DNA from: Mobula birostris
Taxonomy: Eukaryota
NCBI RefSeq assembly: GCF_030028105.1
Contig: NC_092398.1
Span: forward strand, 29,048,424 to 29,112,423
DNA: 64,000 nucleotides
Direction of reading: 5' to 3'
Below are positions 50,396-64,000 of the stretch, piece after piece. The notes beneath the pieces are model-generated. The model was given only the letters and a program-made list of their open reading frames with translations. It had not been told where the DNA came from and did no database searches. Made by a program: the position numbers and the translations under genes. Within the stretch, counting starts at the first letter, position 1. Each line of letters begins with the position of its first letter.

Positions 50396-51573
50396 AACCC
50401 AAGCTATATTCCACAGATTCTCCTCTGCACGTAACACAACGGATTCGCATCCTCCTTTACGCTGGTGATCATAATGACACATAGGATTCTAAAGAGGGGT
50501 AAAAAATGTCATGTAATGACCCACCAAAAAGTTCACGTTCGTGAATCCATGTACGCGCCTGGGAAGGACAGCATTTGGTATCGTTCATCTCCACACTATA
50601 GTCCTGTCTGTTATTTTCACGGATCCGTGGACTAAGACTCCTGCACCCTCTGTTAACCTGTATTCATTCAATGTCCGTATATACCTGTGAACTATTCTTG
50701 TTGGAATATAATACCATTTTCGAAAATCCCGTCGACGTTTCTAAGAGATCTATGTCCTGCTGTAGCATCAGAAGCTTCACGTTCTTCACACTACTGAGAT
50801 GCACAGCATTTATTGAGTGTTTCTGCTGTCTAATTTATTTCCACCGCTGATTTACTAAAGGTCAGGTCACTCGTCTGAGTGCTCCTTGTACCATGTAACC
50901 CAGCACTACCTGTCGCATGGTCGAGTGGTCGACGACTACGGAGGCTTGCCTGATGAGGAGGGTGGTTGGACACCCTGAAGAACGAAAAACAAAACCTGTC
51001 AAAGAGCGGATGAACCCTCTCCTGGAGTCAACGGCCATCTAGCAAACACGTGCTGAAGCGCGGAAAGGGCATCCCTTACATCGAAGCTTGGTCTGGCCAT
51101 TCACCGCAACAAAACCTCCCCCAGCCGTCGTGGACCCCACCATGCCGCTGTATCAGGAGGGGATGTCGAGAGGGTGGGTCTCGACCTGTGGAACCCCCTA
51201 CTCACCTAAAATTCATTCACGCACACGCTGTTCCTTTCTGAGGAGGGAGGTCAACCCCACTAGCTGACTGAAAGGAACCTTGCCCATCCTCTGGGTCTCC
51301 CCCACCCTGTCTTTCTTCCCGGGCCTCCTGTCCCATGATCCTCTCGTATCCCTTTTTGCCAATCACCCGTCCAGCTCTTGGCTCCATCCCTCCCCCTCCT
51401 GTCTTCTCCTATCATTTTGGATCTCCCCCTCCCCCTCCAACTTTCAAATCCCTTACTCACTCTTCCTTCAGTTAGTCCTGACGAAGGGTCTCGGCCTGAA
51501 ACGTCGACTGCACCTCTTCCTACAGATGCTGCCTGGCCTGCTGCGTTCATCAGCAACTTTGATGTGTGTTGCT

Positions 51574-52322
51574 AGGAAAAGGGGAGGTGCAACGAGACCT
51601 GGGTGTCATTATACACCAGTCATTGAAAGTGGGCATGCAGGTACAGCAGGCGGTGAAAAAGGCGAATGGTATGCTGGCATTTATAGCGAGAGGATTCGAG
51701 TACAAGAGCAGGGAGGTACTACTGCAGTTGTACAAGGCCTTGGTGAGACCACACCTGGAGTATTGTGTGTAGTTTTGGTCCCCTAATCTGAGGAAAGACA
51801 TCCTTGCCATAGAGGGAGTACAAAGAAGGTTCACCAGATTGATTCCTGGGATGGCAGGACTTTCATATGAAGAAAGAATGGATGAACTGGGCTTGTACTC
51901 GTTGGAATTTAGAAGATTGAGGGGGGATCTGATTGAAACGTATAAAATCCTAAAGGGATTGGACAGGCTAGATGCAGGAAGATTGTTCCCGATGTTGGGG
52001 AAGTCCAGAACGAGGGGTCACAGTTTGAGGATAAAGGGGAAGTCTTTTAGGACCGAGATTAGGAAAAACTTCTTCACACAGAGAGTGGTGAATCTGTGGA
52101 ATTCTCTGCCACAGGAAACAGTTGAGGCCAGTTCATTGGCTATATTTAAGAGGGAGTTAGATATGGCCCTTGTGGCTACAGGGATCAGGGGGTATGGAGG
52201 GAAGGCTGGGTCAGGGTTCTGAGTTGGATGATCAGCCATGATCATAATAAATGGTGGTGCAGGCTCGAAGGGCCGAATGGCCTACTCTTGCCCCTATTTT
52301 CTATGTTTCTATGTTTCTATGT
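51574..52322 (+). mobile_element. CR1 3' fragment, young
   Basis: RDLGVIIHQSLKVG...LVRPHLEYCV...NFFTQRVVNLWNSLP, (TTTCTATG)n tail; nearly identical to 53776-54574. Confidence 0.95.
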
Positions 52323-53775
52323 ATCATCATCCTATGGGATGTATAGCCAGAGAGAGAGAGAGACTAAAGATCTATTCTGCTTAGCTTAGACAACACAATG
52401 TATGCATAATGTTTGCTCTTTAAGCATGTCCGAATAGAGTGGGCACCCCATCTTCTGTACTCGACGATTTGACTTATGAAGGCCAATGTCCCAAAAGCAT
52501 CATTTTCGTGAACCTCATATGGACTCTCACTAGTGCTTTAAAAAGTTTCAACATTGCATTGTTGCTTTTCTATTCTAGTCCTCTGGAAATAAAAGCTAAC
52601 ATCGCAGTTGCTTTCCTCACCACAGACTCAACATGCACAATAACCTTCAGGGATTCGTGCACAAGTGCTCCAAGTCCCAAAGGATCTGCTTTTAACATGT
52701 TCTTTCCATTTAGAACATAGTCAAGCCTTTCATTTCTTCTACCAAAGTGCCTGGCCATACATGTCCCGAGACTGTATTCCATTTGCCATTTATTTGCCTA
52801 TTCTCTTAATCAATCTAAGTCCATCTGTAGCCTATCTACTTCCTCAATCTACCCGACCTTCCACCTATCTTCTTATTGCTTGCAGACTTTGCAAAAATAA
52901 AACACCAATTACGTCATCCGAATCATTGTTATATAAGGCGTAAAAAAGAATCGATCTCAATACAGTCTCCCCTGGAGCAAGACTGGCTACCGGCACGTTG
53001 ACGAAACCATGCGGACTACGCCCTATTTAATCAAGTACCCTGAGACCTCATCCTTAACAAAGACCACAATTATCTCCCCAACAATGGAGGTCGGACTATC
53101 TGACCTATAGTTTCCTTTTTTCTGCTTCCAGTGACGGAGGATGTGAGGTGACCTGATAGAGGTGTATAAGATGATGAGAGGCATTGATCGTGTGGATAGC
53201 CATAGGCTTTTCCCCCACTGCTGAAATGGCTAGCACGAGAGGGCACAATTTTAGGGTGCTTGGAAGTAGGTACAGAGGAGATGTCAGGAGAACGCAGAGA
53301 TTGGTGAGTGCATGGATTAGGCTGCTGGCGACCGCGCTGGAGGCGGGTACAATAGGGTCTTTCATGAGACTCCTGGATAGGTAATGGAGCTTAGAATAAT
53401 AGAGGGCTATGGGTAACCCTAAGTAATTTCGAAGATAAGGGCATATCCGGACAGCTTTGAGGGCCGAATGGCCTGCGTTGTGCTGTAGGTTTTCTATGTT
53501 TCTCTCCTATATTGAAGAGTGGAGAGGCATTTGCAAGCTCCTAGTCTGTGTCCAGTCCTGTCCCTAACTCTAGTCCAGTCCAGTTCCCAGTACTTCAGTG
53601 TCTGTGTCTTGCATTTGCGTCCGCCACCAGCGCCCACTGCCCCCCCCCCCATTATGACAGCATACGCCGTCACCAATAGAACGTACAATATTCATAGAGA
53701 CGGCTGCGGGAACTGAAACCCCGTCTGATGCGCTGTGAAGCGATGTGTGAAAGGCTACGCTAATTTTTCAACGCG

Positions 53776-54574
53776 GTGGGCGGCTCTGATAGGAAAACAG
53801 ATTATTATCTGAATGGTGGCCGATTAGGAAAAGGGGAGGTGCAACGAGATCTGGGTGTCATTATACACCAGTCATTGAAAGTGGGCATGCAGGTACAGCA
53901 GGCGGTGAAAAAGGCGAATGGTATGCTGGCATTTATAGCGAGAGGATTTGAGTACAGGAGCAGGGAGGTACTACTGCAGTTGTACAAGGCCTTGGTGAGA
54001 CCACACCTGGAGTATTGTGTGCAGTTTTGGTCCCCTAATCTGAGGAAAGACATCCTTGCCATAGAAGGAGTACAAAGAAGGTTCACCAGATTGATTCCTG
54101 GGATGGCAGGACTTTCATATGAAGAAAGACTGGATGAACTGGGCTTGTACTCGTTGGAATTTAGAGGACTGAGGGGGGATCTGATTGAAATGTATAAAAT
54201 CCTAAAGGGATTGGACAGGCTAGATGCAGGAAGATTGTTCCCGATGTTGGGGGAAGTCCAGAACAAGGGGTCACAGTTTGAGGATAAAGGGGAAGCCTTT
54301 TAGGACCGAGATTAGGAAAAACTTCTTCACACAGAGTGTGGTGAATCTGTGGAATTCTCTGCCACAGGAAGCAGTTGAGGCCAGTACATTGGCTATATTT
54401 AAGAGGGAGTTAGATATGGCCCTTGTGGCTACGGGGATCAGGGGGTATGGAGGGAAGGCTGGGTCAGGGTTCTGAGTTGGATGATCAGCCATGATCATAA
54501 TAAATGGCGGTGCAGGCTCGAAGGGCCGAATGGCCTACTCCTGCACCTATTTTCTATGTTTCTATGTTTCTATG
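53776..54574 (+). mobile_element. CR1 3' fragment, young
   Basis: Same subfamily as 51574-52322. Its tail abuts the stop codon of GPCR copy B. Confidence 0.95.
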
Positions 54575-54586
54575 ATTTCTTAGCTT

Positions 54587-55503
54587 TTATTTCCGATGAG
54601 TCTGTCTCACAATGCGGATGAATGGGGATTTCACCACCTCCCACATCTGCTCTCTAAACTTCCTCTGGGTCAAGGCATAAAGAGCCGTGTTTGTGCAGTA
54701 GCTCAGTAGCTGCAGCATGTAGCCCAGCTCCCACATGCTCAAAGGTGGGAATTTAGTTCCAGCGTGAGATATATCAGTAGTGTTATAGTAAGATAAAACA
54801 ACCTCATCTACACAGTGTACACAAACGAAAGCATCCACAACATGATGAAATTCGCCGACACGACCAACAGTAAAGTGAGTGACTTCCTACTGTTCCCCAT
54901 TTCCAGGTCTTTGGAACTATCCCCGCTGTTGCGAGCCCGGAGTCTCTTCCGGGCTCTGCTCGCCACTAACACGTGTCTGATGGTCAAAGCATTGAACAGC
55001 AGAATGACCACAGGCGTGAGGATGTAGCTGCCGAACTCAACTACGTTCCAGGCCACTGAGATCGCGACAGCATATTTTCATTCGCAAAACCAAGGGATGT
55101 TAGAAAGCTCGTAGGGTCCTGAGAGCAAAACAATACCAGAGAATGTTCTTGAAACAGCTCAGGGCGGACACAGTCCCCAGAACCACAGCCGCCGTTCTCT
55201 CGGTGCGGTATTTAGCTTTCAGGTTCTGGCAGCGAATAGCCACAAATCGGTCAAAGGCGAACATGACGGTGAACCAGACGGAACAGTCGTTAGCTGCGTA
55301 AAGTAGGGCGGTGTGGATATTACACAGAGGGATGTTCGTCAGGAAATTAAACGCTTCCCAATAAACAATCGGAATCTGCCTCAGTACCAGGTCTATGATA
55401 GCAACTAGGAGATCCGCCATTGCCATGGCCATCAGGTAACGAGTGACGCCTTTATAAACACCGCAGGTTCCCCGCGACAGGATCGCAATCGTCAGCACGT
55501 TCA
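54587..55503 (-). pseudogene. GPR139/GPR142-like GPCR copy B, main exon
   Basis: Acceptor TTCCAATAG|TGAAC, VNVLTIAILSRGTCG...YLMAMAMADLLV...FDRFVAI. Lesions relative to copy C: a 1-nt insertion near 55130, an in-frame TGA near 55080, a 12-nt deletion, TAG replacing a Trp codon near 54810, and a further frameshift. Confidence 0.93.
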
Positions 55504-58500
55504 CTATTGGAATTGAAAGAAACACAGACAAGTTAGTGGGCAAGGAGCAAAGTCAGCACAGTCACAGACAGGAAGTCTGGACCGCACCGAGAAATGCAAC
55601 CGGAGAGAGACCAAGATAGTAGATGGGCTGAATTGTCAGGACTAAATTCCGGATCGGTCTGTCTGCTGTCATCGAAAACATATAAGCAAGCAGGGGAAAG
55701 AACCCCTTCCCGTCGCTGTAACATTCCCTGATCCTATTTCTCTGAACCATTTACCGTCAGTGTTCGCAGATCTAACCGTTCATGTAAAATCCCACTTTGA
55801 TGTTCGTAACTCCCCAATTATTGTCTTCCGCTGTCGAGCCACTGCGGTCCGTGTGTGACGTAGGGGCTGCTCTCATTAACACCGTGAACCTTCATCGAAA
55901 GCAGGAATTTTACATAGAGCTGCTAATTCCCCAGTGACACAACCAGGCTCCATGCTGGCTGACGTTTATTACTCAACATACATCTACGGTTAACCCCTTT
56001 GAATCCGGTCCGCTGGAGCAACACGTAAAACGAATTATTTAACAGGGTGGTGATGTCCAGGACGCATGTCCACCGAACCCGGCCATTCGTTCTGCCTCAT
56101 CTCGCAGGAGACAGAAAAGCCTGAAACACGGACCATCAAGCTCAAGATGAGCTTCAATCACGCCGTTATAAAAATATTCAACTCCTCACCTTGACGATTA
56201 GATGGACTTGTGATATCGCAATCTGCCTCGTTCTGACTTTGCAAATTGCTGTTCGCCTGCGCCGCTCTTGCTCTGCAACTGCAGCGCTTTATTCTGCACT
56301 CTGTCATTGTATTACCTGGAAACTCAATGCACTAAGGTAATCATTTTTTTTCTCTGAGTTAAGAGTATGTAGAACAAGATTGTTTTCTTTTTGCAGCATT
56401 GGAACATGTGTCAAAGGCCCATGTACCATCAATGTCCCATCGGGGCGGGGGCTGCGCAGCGTCCCCGCCAGGACCAGCATTCCCGAAAACAGTGACTTTC
56501 TCCAAGCAGTAAGGCTGATCAACGCTTTTAGCTACTAACAGATCCCATCATCTACCATTGCGTTCATTGTCTTATTGTGTTTTTGCGCTGCATTGAAACT
56601 GGAGTAACGACAGCTATTTCGTTCTCCTTTACACTTGTGAATGGAAATGATATTAACCAATTGTTAGTCTTGAATAATAAACAAGATTACCAATTGAGTA
56701 CTATGCAGTATGGACCAATAGGATCAGGGAATTGCCTGCAGAGCTGATGAAATCGTCGCGTGTGATAGGGACTGCTGCTAACATTGAGCAGTGTCCTCAG
56801 AGCGAAAGACTCGGATGAGATGCTTTCCATGGATGGGAGGAGGGTGATATAAACCCGGAAGCTTTAACATATCGAATCTGACGTCACTGCGTGGACCTGC
56901 TGCAGTGGATCATACTGTACCGTCTGAAGGACAATTCGGAAATTCTGTGCGGCCAAATTGCTTTCTTTATAAAAGGGAAGGGACTTGAATCAAATCCGTG
57001 TTAAAACCCTGCGTGTTAAAACTCGTTTAAACCCTATGGAAAGAGGTGATCATAAAGGGGGAGGTGATATGCACATGAGAAGATGGGGGAAGACCGGTGA
57101 CGTGTCGATAATTGAGGAACAGCGAAGGCGGAGGATGATAATTACCGGAAAACATTAAAAGAATAGCATTTTGTTTTTGCTGCATCTGCCACGGGTTTAA
57201 TCAGCGATTTATCCCGTCTATGCATATGAAAAGTTGATATATTTCGTTCAGTTCGCGTCGCAGGGAAACTAAGAGCAAAATTTCCAATCTTTCGTCATCC
57301 CCTCCAACCCAAGCAGATTGCCAGAGACTCTTCTCTGCACGCAACGCAGCTGGTTCGCATAATCCTGTCCTCTGGTGACCAGAATTAGAAACAGTAATCT
57401 AAAGCCGGCAAAATAATGTTATGTAATGAAGCACCATGAAGTTCCAGCTCATATATCCCATGTCCGCAGCTATGAGGACATCATGTCTTAAACTTCATTT
57501 TCACACGATGGACATGACTGATGCGTCTAACATATCAGGGGCCTGTGGACGAGCGCACCTGCTTCCCCCGTTAACCGGTATTCATCCCGTACCACAAGAA
57601 ACCTATACACAGTACAGTGTTTCGGTGAGCAAAACTATTGATTTCAACATCTGGTCCGATGTCGGATTCTAAGTGATATAGCTATTTACAACATCGAGAT
57701 GAAAACCAATTATTCACGGATCCTATTTTCCAGCTTATTAGCGCCACAGATTTAGGAAAGTTCAATTGTGCATAAATTAGACAATAGCATGTGTGCATGA
57801 TATGTGCTCTGAAATCATCGCTGGACAGAGTGAAGGTGGAAAGGATGTTTCCTTTGGGAGTAAAGTCCAGCGTCCGAGGCCGTCACGCGATAAAAGGACG
57901 CCCCTCTGTTCCTGAGGTGTGGAGGTGATTGTTCAACCAGAGGTTGTTTCATTGGTGGAATTCGTTGACAAAGAGGGAAAGCCATTGGTGTACTGATGGG
58001 ACAGATTCTTAGATCCGTGGCTGGTCAGGCGGTTTGTGATTACAGGAGGGCACATGTGAGTCGTGCTGAAAATAAAACCTTTCATGATGAAACGTCCTGT
58101 TGGGCAGAAAAGCGTGAGTATGATCCTATAACATGTGGGTCTAATACCTCACCTTATGTGCATTTTACCTGCCCGTTTTACCTTTTATACTACCAGGTAC
58201 GCCCTGTCCTTCGGCCGTTGATATCGCCCTCTTAATAGTCGAACAGTGGACATTTCTTCTTTCCATTCGACCTCTGCTGGATCTCACCGAAATTTCTGGA
58301 TGTTAACCCCGCTTTAGTTTATGACCTTAACATGCTGATCTGTCCTAGCCTTTTCCATCACAATCTGAAAATTCACAATTATACAGTATCAGGGGACTGC
58401 TCAACGGTCTTGTAACGCCGGGACAGAAGCTGTCTTTGAGGCTCTTTCTGTTTTCCCTCGATGGGATGGAGGAGAAAAGTGAATGTCTGCCGTTCAAAGA

Positions 58501-61500
58501 TATTTTAACGCTGCTTTACTGTGCCAGAGAGGTGTGAAGACTGAGACTATAAAGCGAAGACAAGTTGGCCTTACTGACTAACTGCTGAATGGGTGCCGCT
58601 TGCCTCTTTTAACGCAATGACTGGTCCACCGGAAACACCGACATTTCCTCCAGCATGTAGTTAACATTTTCTCACTTATCGAATTGGAAGATCCATGTGT
58701 CTGTAAATCACGGCGTTTAGACTTTTTCCTTATCATCCTTTGAGATTCAGCGTGGAAAAGGCCCTTCCGACCCATTAAACCGCGCCGTTCAGCAAACTAC
58801 CTATTTAACAATGGCTTAATCACATGACAATTTGCAACGACCAGTTAACCTACCAAGTGGTATGTATTTGGATTGCGAGAGGAAACTGAAGTACTTGGAG
58901 AAAATGCATGTGTTCCCGGGACGGATGTACAAACTCCGGTCAGAGGACGACGGAACTGAACTTCGACCTCCGACGCAACGAGCTGCAATTGAGTCGTGGA
59001 AACCGCGACGCTACTATGGCTCCGCAGGTAAATTACCGAGTAAGACCCACTGAGTAAAAGAGCAAATATATTGGGAGAGGGAGACACAGTCACCGATTTT
59101 CACTGCGTCGGAGATTCAGGGGTTTCACAGAAAATGCGGAAAATAGGCAAGCCTGCTGCTCTCGGAGTCATAACAGGTTGATAATAGGTTTGCAGAGTCA
59201 TGCTGACAGAAAGACCGGATACTCAGTTGTAAACATGGTAGTGTGCAACAGAGAATATTATCTCTGCCATGGGCGGTCCGAACCACAGCTATAAAAGAAG
59301 GAGAGTTAGGCGTGGGCCCAGCAAACCAATCACGTAAAAACACAGAGCTACAGTAACGTCAACAGAACCTCCAAAGAACATCGCTGGGAGAGGAAAGAAG
59401 ACATCCGAAGTAGTCTGGAAAAACGTAGAAGGCATGGGGTCGATTTATCTCCACTCGGCCTTGGGTTGAGGATCCGGGCAAGCTGCTGTTGGCGCCCGAT
59501 GCCACAGGAGGGGTGAGCGGCTAAAGAAGAAACGGAAGATGTAATATTAGGTCACTTTGCTGACAACATTCCAGGCCAATTTCTTCAGGAGTGTGCACAC
59601 GAGCTGATTGACATTGCAAGGACATCTTCAAAACTTCAACCATCCAGGTATAAGCAATTTGTCCCAGGGAGAATAAATTATTGTCGTAAACAACGTCATT
59701 GTGACGATTGTACTTGCATTGAATCACCTACTGATATATCTGATCTCAGCGGCCCAAAATAGGAAGTGGTTTTGAGTTTGTGAGATTCCACCAGTGGGAC
59801 ATAAAGGAATGGATGCTTGTTGTGTTGAATACCAACAGCTTCAGAGTGTTTCCGGTGACTTAGTAGGAATAGAAAGGAAAGGACAGAGCCAGTATTTCCA
59901 GTGAGTAGTATGAGCTTGGATGAACAGTGGTTGGTACCTAGGTGGGACTCTCTGTAGTCGAGAAGGAAGCAAGTACGAAACAAGTGTTGAAAGGACTTCA
60001 GGATGAGCACACGATAGAGGTACAGGAGCATTATAACCTGAATTTCCAGCATGGGTAACGACCTGAAACCTCTGGCTGTGGAACAGCTGAGGACCCTGTC
60101 ACCACCGGCTCTCGTCACCAGGACAAGAGCTGTTTACAGTTTACTATTTACAGTTTACCTCTGCTGAGCAATTCACCGATATCGAATTATACTCATAAAC
60201 TTACCTGTGGCAACATTTTGTTTCATGCGCTGTGTATCATGTATATTATGTATGTTCTCCGTGGTCCCGGGGAACAATGCTTCGTTTGATCGTATATATG
60301 CACCGCCAGATGATAACAAATGTGAACTTGAGAAGGAGAAAGGTTAATTGACGCATAGAAGTGCAATTTATCATGCACTGCGTAATTGTTGACTGAAGTG
60401 CGTTGTCAAACAGAGTCATAGATGGTGATAGAAAGGAGCATCTGAAATTATATAGACAGACACAAACGCAAGCGGAGGTAGTGGTGACAAGTGTATTTAC
60501 CTATGACAGGATTGCATTGAAAACAGAGTCAGACCACTTTTTCCTGTGTGGCAATCCTAAACACTAGAGAGTATGGAATTAGAGTGAGAAGGAGGATATT
60601 TCAAAGGCGTCTTACACAAGGGGAGGCTTTCACACAAGAGTGATGGATGCAGGAACGCGTTGATGGGGATAATCGCTGTGGGTAGTTTGTAACTGCAGCG
60701 ATTATGCGATGTTTAGATTGGTTGACATGTGAATTGTGTAATATCAACTGTACGGCGGCGCATAGGGTTAGTTTAAAATGTTTGGATAATAATTCAGAAT
60801 TGGCGATGTTGTGCATGTTGAGGAAGTTTCTCGAAAGATCCTGTCCGATGTATGCCAATTGCGGATTTGGAAAGCAACATGGCAGATGTTGGTTAATCCG
60901 GAATTAGTGGCCTTCTGCACACTGTGTGTGGGGTGAGGTTAAATGCAACGATAAAATATTTATTGAATGGACTGGAAATTTAGTAGCTTTGATGTGCAGT
61001 AGGAACTTAGGCTCCAGCTCGATTTTTCTGAACGTAACAATGCATGTAGAGATGCTGGTAAAGAAGATGTAAGCATTATTCTATTAAATGGCCGTAATTT
61101 TAGTGATAAATTCAGTAAGTCATGCAGCAGCAGCGTGAATAATTGTACGTCGATATCTCCGACTTCCATTTCATTTCCCCCCTCTATTCTCCTCTTCTTT
61201 AACTATCCACTCTGCCCCCACTTGCTTCCTCTATCTTCCCCACCGCGCATTTCCTCCGCTCACTGCCCTTTCACTTTCTTCTGTGATCCACTCGCTTTTC
61301 CGATCTGATTCCTTCTTCTGCTATCTGTTTTCCACTTACCACCACCTAATATTAGGTCACACCTCTCTCCTATTTTCCTGACTTTAACTGCCACTTTCTA
61401 GTCTGTATACTTTCCCCACCGTCCACCTTATTACTCTGATTTCTTTCCTCTTCCTTTCTAGTTTTGATGAAGGTTCCGGAAACCTCGACTGTTTGTTCAT

Positions 61501-62790
61501 TGACACAGATCCTGTCTGAGCTAATGAGTCCCGCCAGGACTTTGTATGATTTGCCGAGGATGCGTAGCATCTACAAAATCTCTTGGCTGCGGCAATAATT
61601 GTTTTAGCCACATTTAGACCATCACTTAGACAGAGTATTGATTAAGCAGGGATTGACCACGAAGATGCACATGAGGAGTTTAAATTAGCGTTACTGTTGG
61701 CATCCCAATCATGTGCCAAACGGCCTATTCCTGTGCTGCACTGATCTGTGTTCATCATCTTTACCCACGTATTTATAAAACTGAGTTTAGTTCAGATTAT
61801 TTGATTCGATTGCTGGGCCAGATAGCCCCGTTCCCCATAGTTCTTGAGAGACAGACAGAATGGTAGAACGTGGCACACATCTGCTAATAATATATTCTGC
61901 GGCTTGTCGTTTTTACTGGTTCGAGAAATTGAGGGAAGAAGTTTCATTTTAACAGTATTGTATTTTTCTTCTTTATCGATACAGCAGGGTAGCAGCGGTT
62001 TCCTCCAGAACCTTCACGTCTTTGGAATGTGAATGCCACCGAAGCATCTGGAGGAAACCTCCGCCGGCACCGATAGAACGTACAAAATTCATCGAGACTT
62101 CTGCGGGGACTGAAAGCGCGTCTCAGGCGCTGTGAAGCATTGTGCGAACTGCTGCGCTACGATCAACCGGTAGGCTACATCCACACCAAACTGGATGATT
62201 TTGAAAACGCCGGTTTCGCGTAAAAACGATAGGCGTCCACACCAGGCGTTTTTGAGAACTCCTCCGTCCACATTAAAACGGGTATTTGGTGGAATCTCCT
62301 CCTACTGGGCATGGGCAGGACAGCCCCAGGGAAAACAGGCGAAGAGGAAACGGTGTCCTATTTCCGTTTCCGCGGCGGCTTTGTGCAACTTTCATTAGTC
62401 AAAAGGTAGCGCACCTACAACAACAGCGAAAGAAAGTTTTCAACAACGTCTTCGAGGAATACAAAGAAAACCTCCGCTGGAAAAAGCAGCTATTAACGTA
62501 GACAATAAAGTAAACAACACACGCAAGAAGCTGTCCGCCATTATTGTTGTGGTGTTGGAGGCTGCGGTCAAGGAAACAATGAAATGCCGCGCTGCCGCCG
62601 CCATCTGTTCCTGATGACGTTTTTTAAAAAGCTCTGGTTACCCCGTACACACCACATCGCCCGACCGGCGTTTTCAGATTTGCACAGTCTGGAGGGTGTT
62701 TTTTCAGGGGAGGAAGACGCCGTTTCAGTGTGTACGGAGGGCCAAAAGGAAGAGAAAAGGCTTTGGTTATGGATTTATCCGGTCAAGAGT

Positions 62791-63691
62791 TCATCTCACA
62801 ATGCGGATGAATGGAGATTTCAACACCTCCCGCATCTGCTCCCTGAAATTCTTCTGGGTCACGGCGTAAAGATCCGTGTTTGTGCAGCAGCTCAGGAGCT
62901 GCAGCATGTAGCCCAGCTCCTCGTGGTCGAAGGTGGGAACGAGGCATGCATCGAATATGATAAACGAAAAAGAAATGATCGCATCCACACAGTGTGCACA
63001 ACAAAAACCACCCACAACACGATGAAATTCGCCGACACGACCAACAGTAAAGTGAGCGACTTCTTCCGGCTCTGCATCTCCGGGTCTTTGGAACTATCCC
63101 CATTGCTGTGATTCCGGAGTCTCCTCCGGGCTCTGCTCGCCACTAACACGTGTCTGATGGTCAAAGCATTGAGAAGCAGAATGACCACAAACGGGATCAC
63201 AGGCGTCAGGATGTAGCTGCTGGACTCGATTACTGTCCAGGCAACTGAGAACAGAACACCGCTTCTTCCTTGGCAAAACCAAGGGACGTTAATAAGCTGG
63301 TAGTGTCCTGGGAGCAAAAAATACCAAAAAATGTTCCTTAAACAGCTCAGGGCGGCCACAGTCCCCACAACAACAGCGGCCGTTCTCTCAGTGCAGTATT
63401 TAGCTTTCAGATTATGGTAGCGAATCGCCACAAATCGGTCAAAGGTGAACATGACGGTGAACCAGACGGAACAGTCGTTCGCTGTGTAACGTAGGGCAGC
63501 GTGGATATTACACACAGGGATGTTCGTCAGGAAAATAAACACTTCCCAATAAACAATCGGATTCTGCCTCAGTACCAGGTCAAAGATAACAACCAGGAGA
63601 TCCGCTGCTGCCATGGCCATTAGATAACGAGTGACTCCTTTAGAAAGACCGCACTTTCCCCGGGACAGGACCACAATCGTCAGCACGTTCA
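62791..63691 (-). pseudogene. GPR139/GPR142-like GPCR copy C, main exon (one frameshift)
   Basis: Acceptor TCCCAATAG|TGAAC. Open through TM1-TM6 (FDRFVAI, LTPVIPFVVILLLNALT, SLTLLLVVSANFIVLW), then a single frameshift near 62945 before TM7 (ELGYMLQLLSCCTNTDLYAVTQKNFREQ). Exon 1 is probably beyond the window. Confidence 0.88.
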
Positions 63692-64000
63692 CTATTGGGA
63701 TTGAAAGAAACACAGGCATGTCAGTGGGCAAGGAGCAAGGTCAGCAAATCACAGACAGGAAATATGGAATCATGTTTTTGAACCCAGACTGGAAAACTGC
63801 AGTTTTCCAGCATCGGCGATGTCTGCTGGGTATGAGGATTATAGCTCAGTGAAGTCAACAGCGAACTGGAAAATAACGTCGCCACGCCAAATAACGAACA
63901 GCTGCGAAGAAGTGTCCTCGGAATTCGGTGAAGATAAATTTGGAATAGGGCTCGGAATTGGTCATTGAATTGGAATTGCTTTACTATTACCAAACTCGTA

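Noticed and set aside
59500-60120. Several 70-140 codon open frames, including a WWN word reminiscent of a desaturase His box
   Set aside because: The histidines are absent, the frames disagree, and there is no splice context. No convincing exon 1 for GPCR copy B was found here either.

Overview
Vertebrate genomic DNA, most likely a cartilaginous fish such as a batoid ray. This is inferred from the CR1/Penelope/HE1-type repeat landscape and a GPR139-like array. No rRNA, tRNA or CRISPR was seen. Main content: (1) a four-exon minus-strand MHC gene (8562->118: leader, membrane-distal domain, Ig-C1 domain, CP/TM exon, all phase-1 GT-AG junctions, open throughout). It has class II beta-type two-domain architecture but class I heavy-chain-type interface residues, the hallmark of W-category beta (WB) chains. 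(2) A decayed second MHC membrane-distal exon at about 20.4-20.7 kb. (3) A degraded endogenous retrovirus at about 23.3-26.5 kb with gag-like and F-type (lokiretrovirus-like) env-like remnants, no pol, and a possible accessory ORF. (4) Three disrupted minus-strand GPR139/GPR142-like GPCR copies. (5) A dense, nested set of transposons: hAT inside Tc1, Penelope, CR1, R4/Dong, Gypsy, solo LTRs. Most short ORFs in the supplied track are repeat-derived or low-complexity artefacts. All family assignments are by-eye motif matches and no database search was run.
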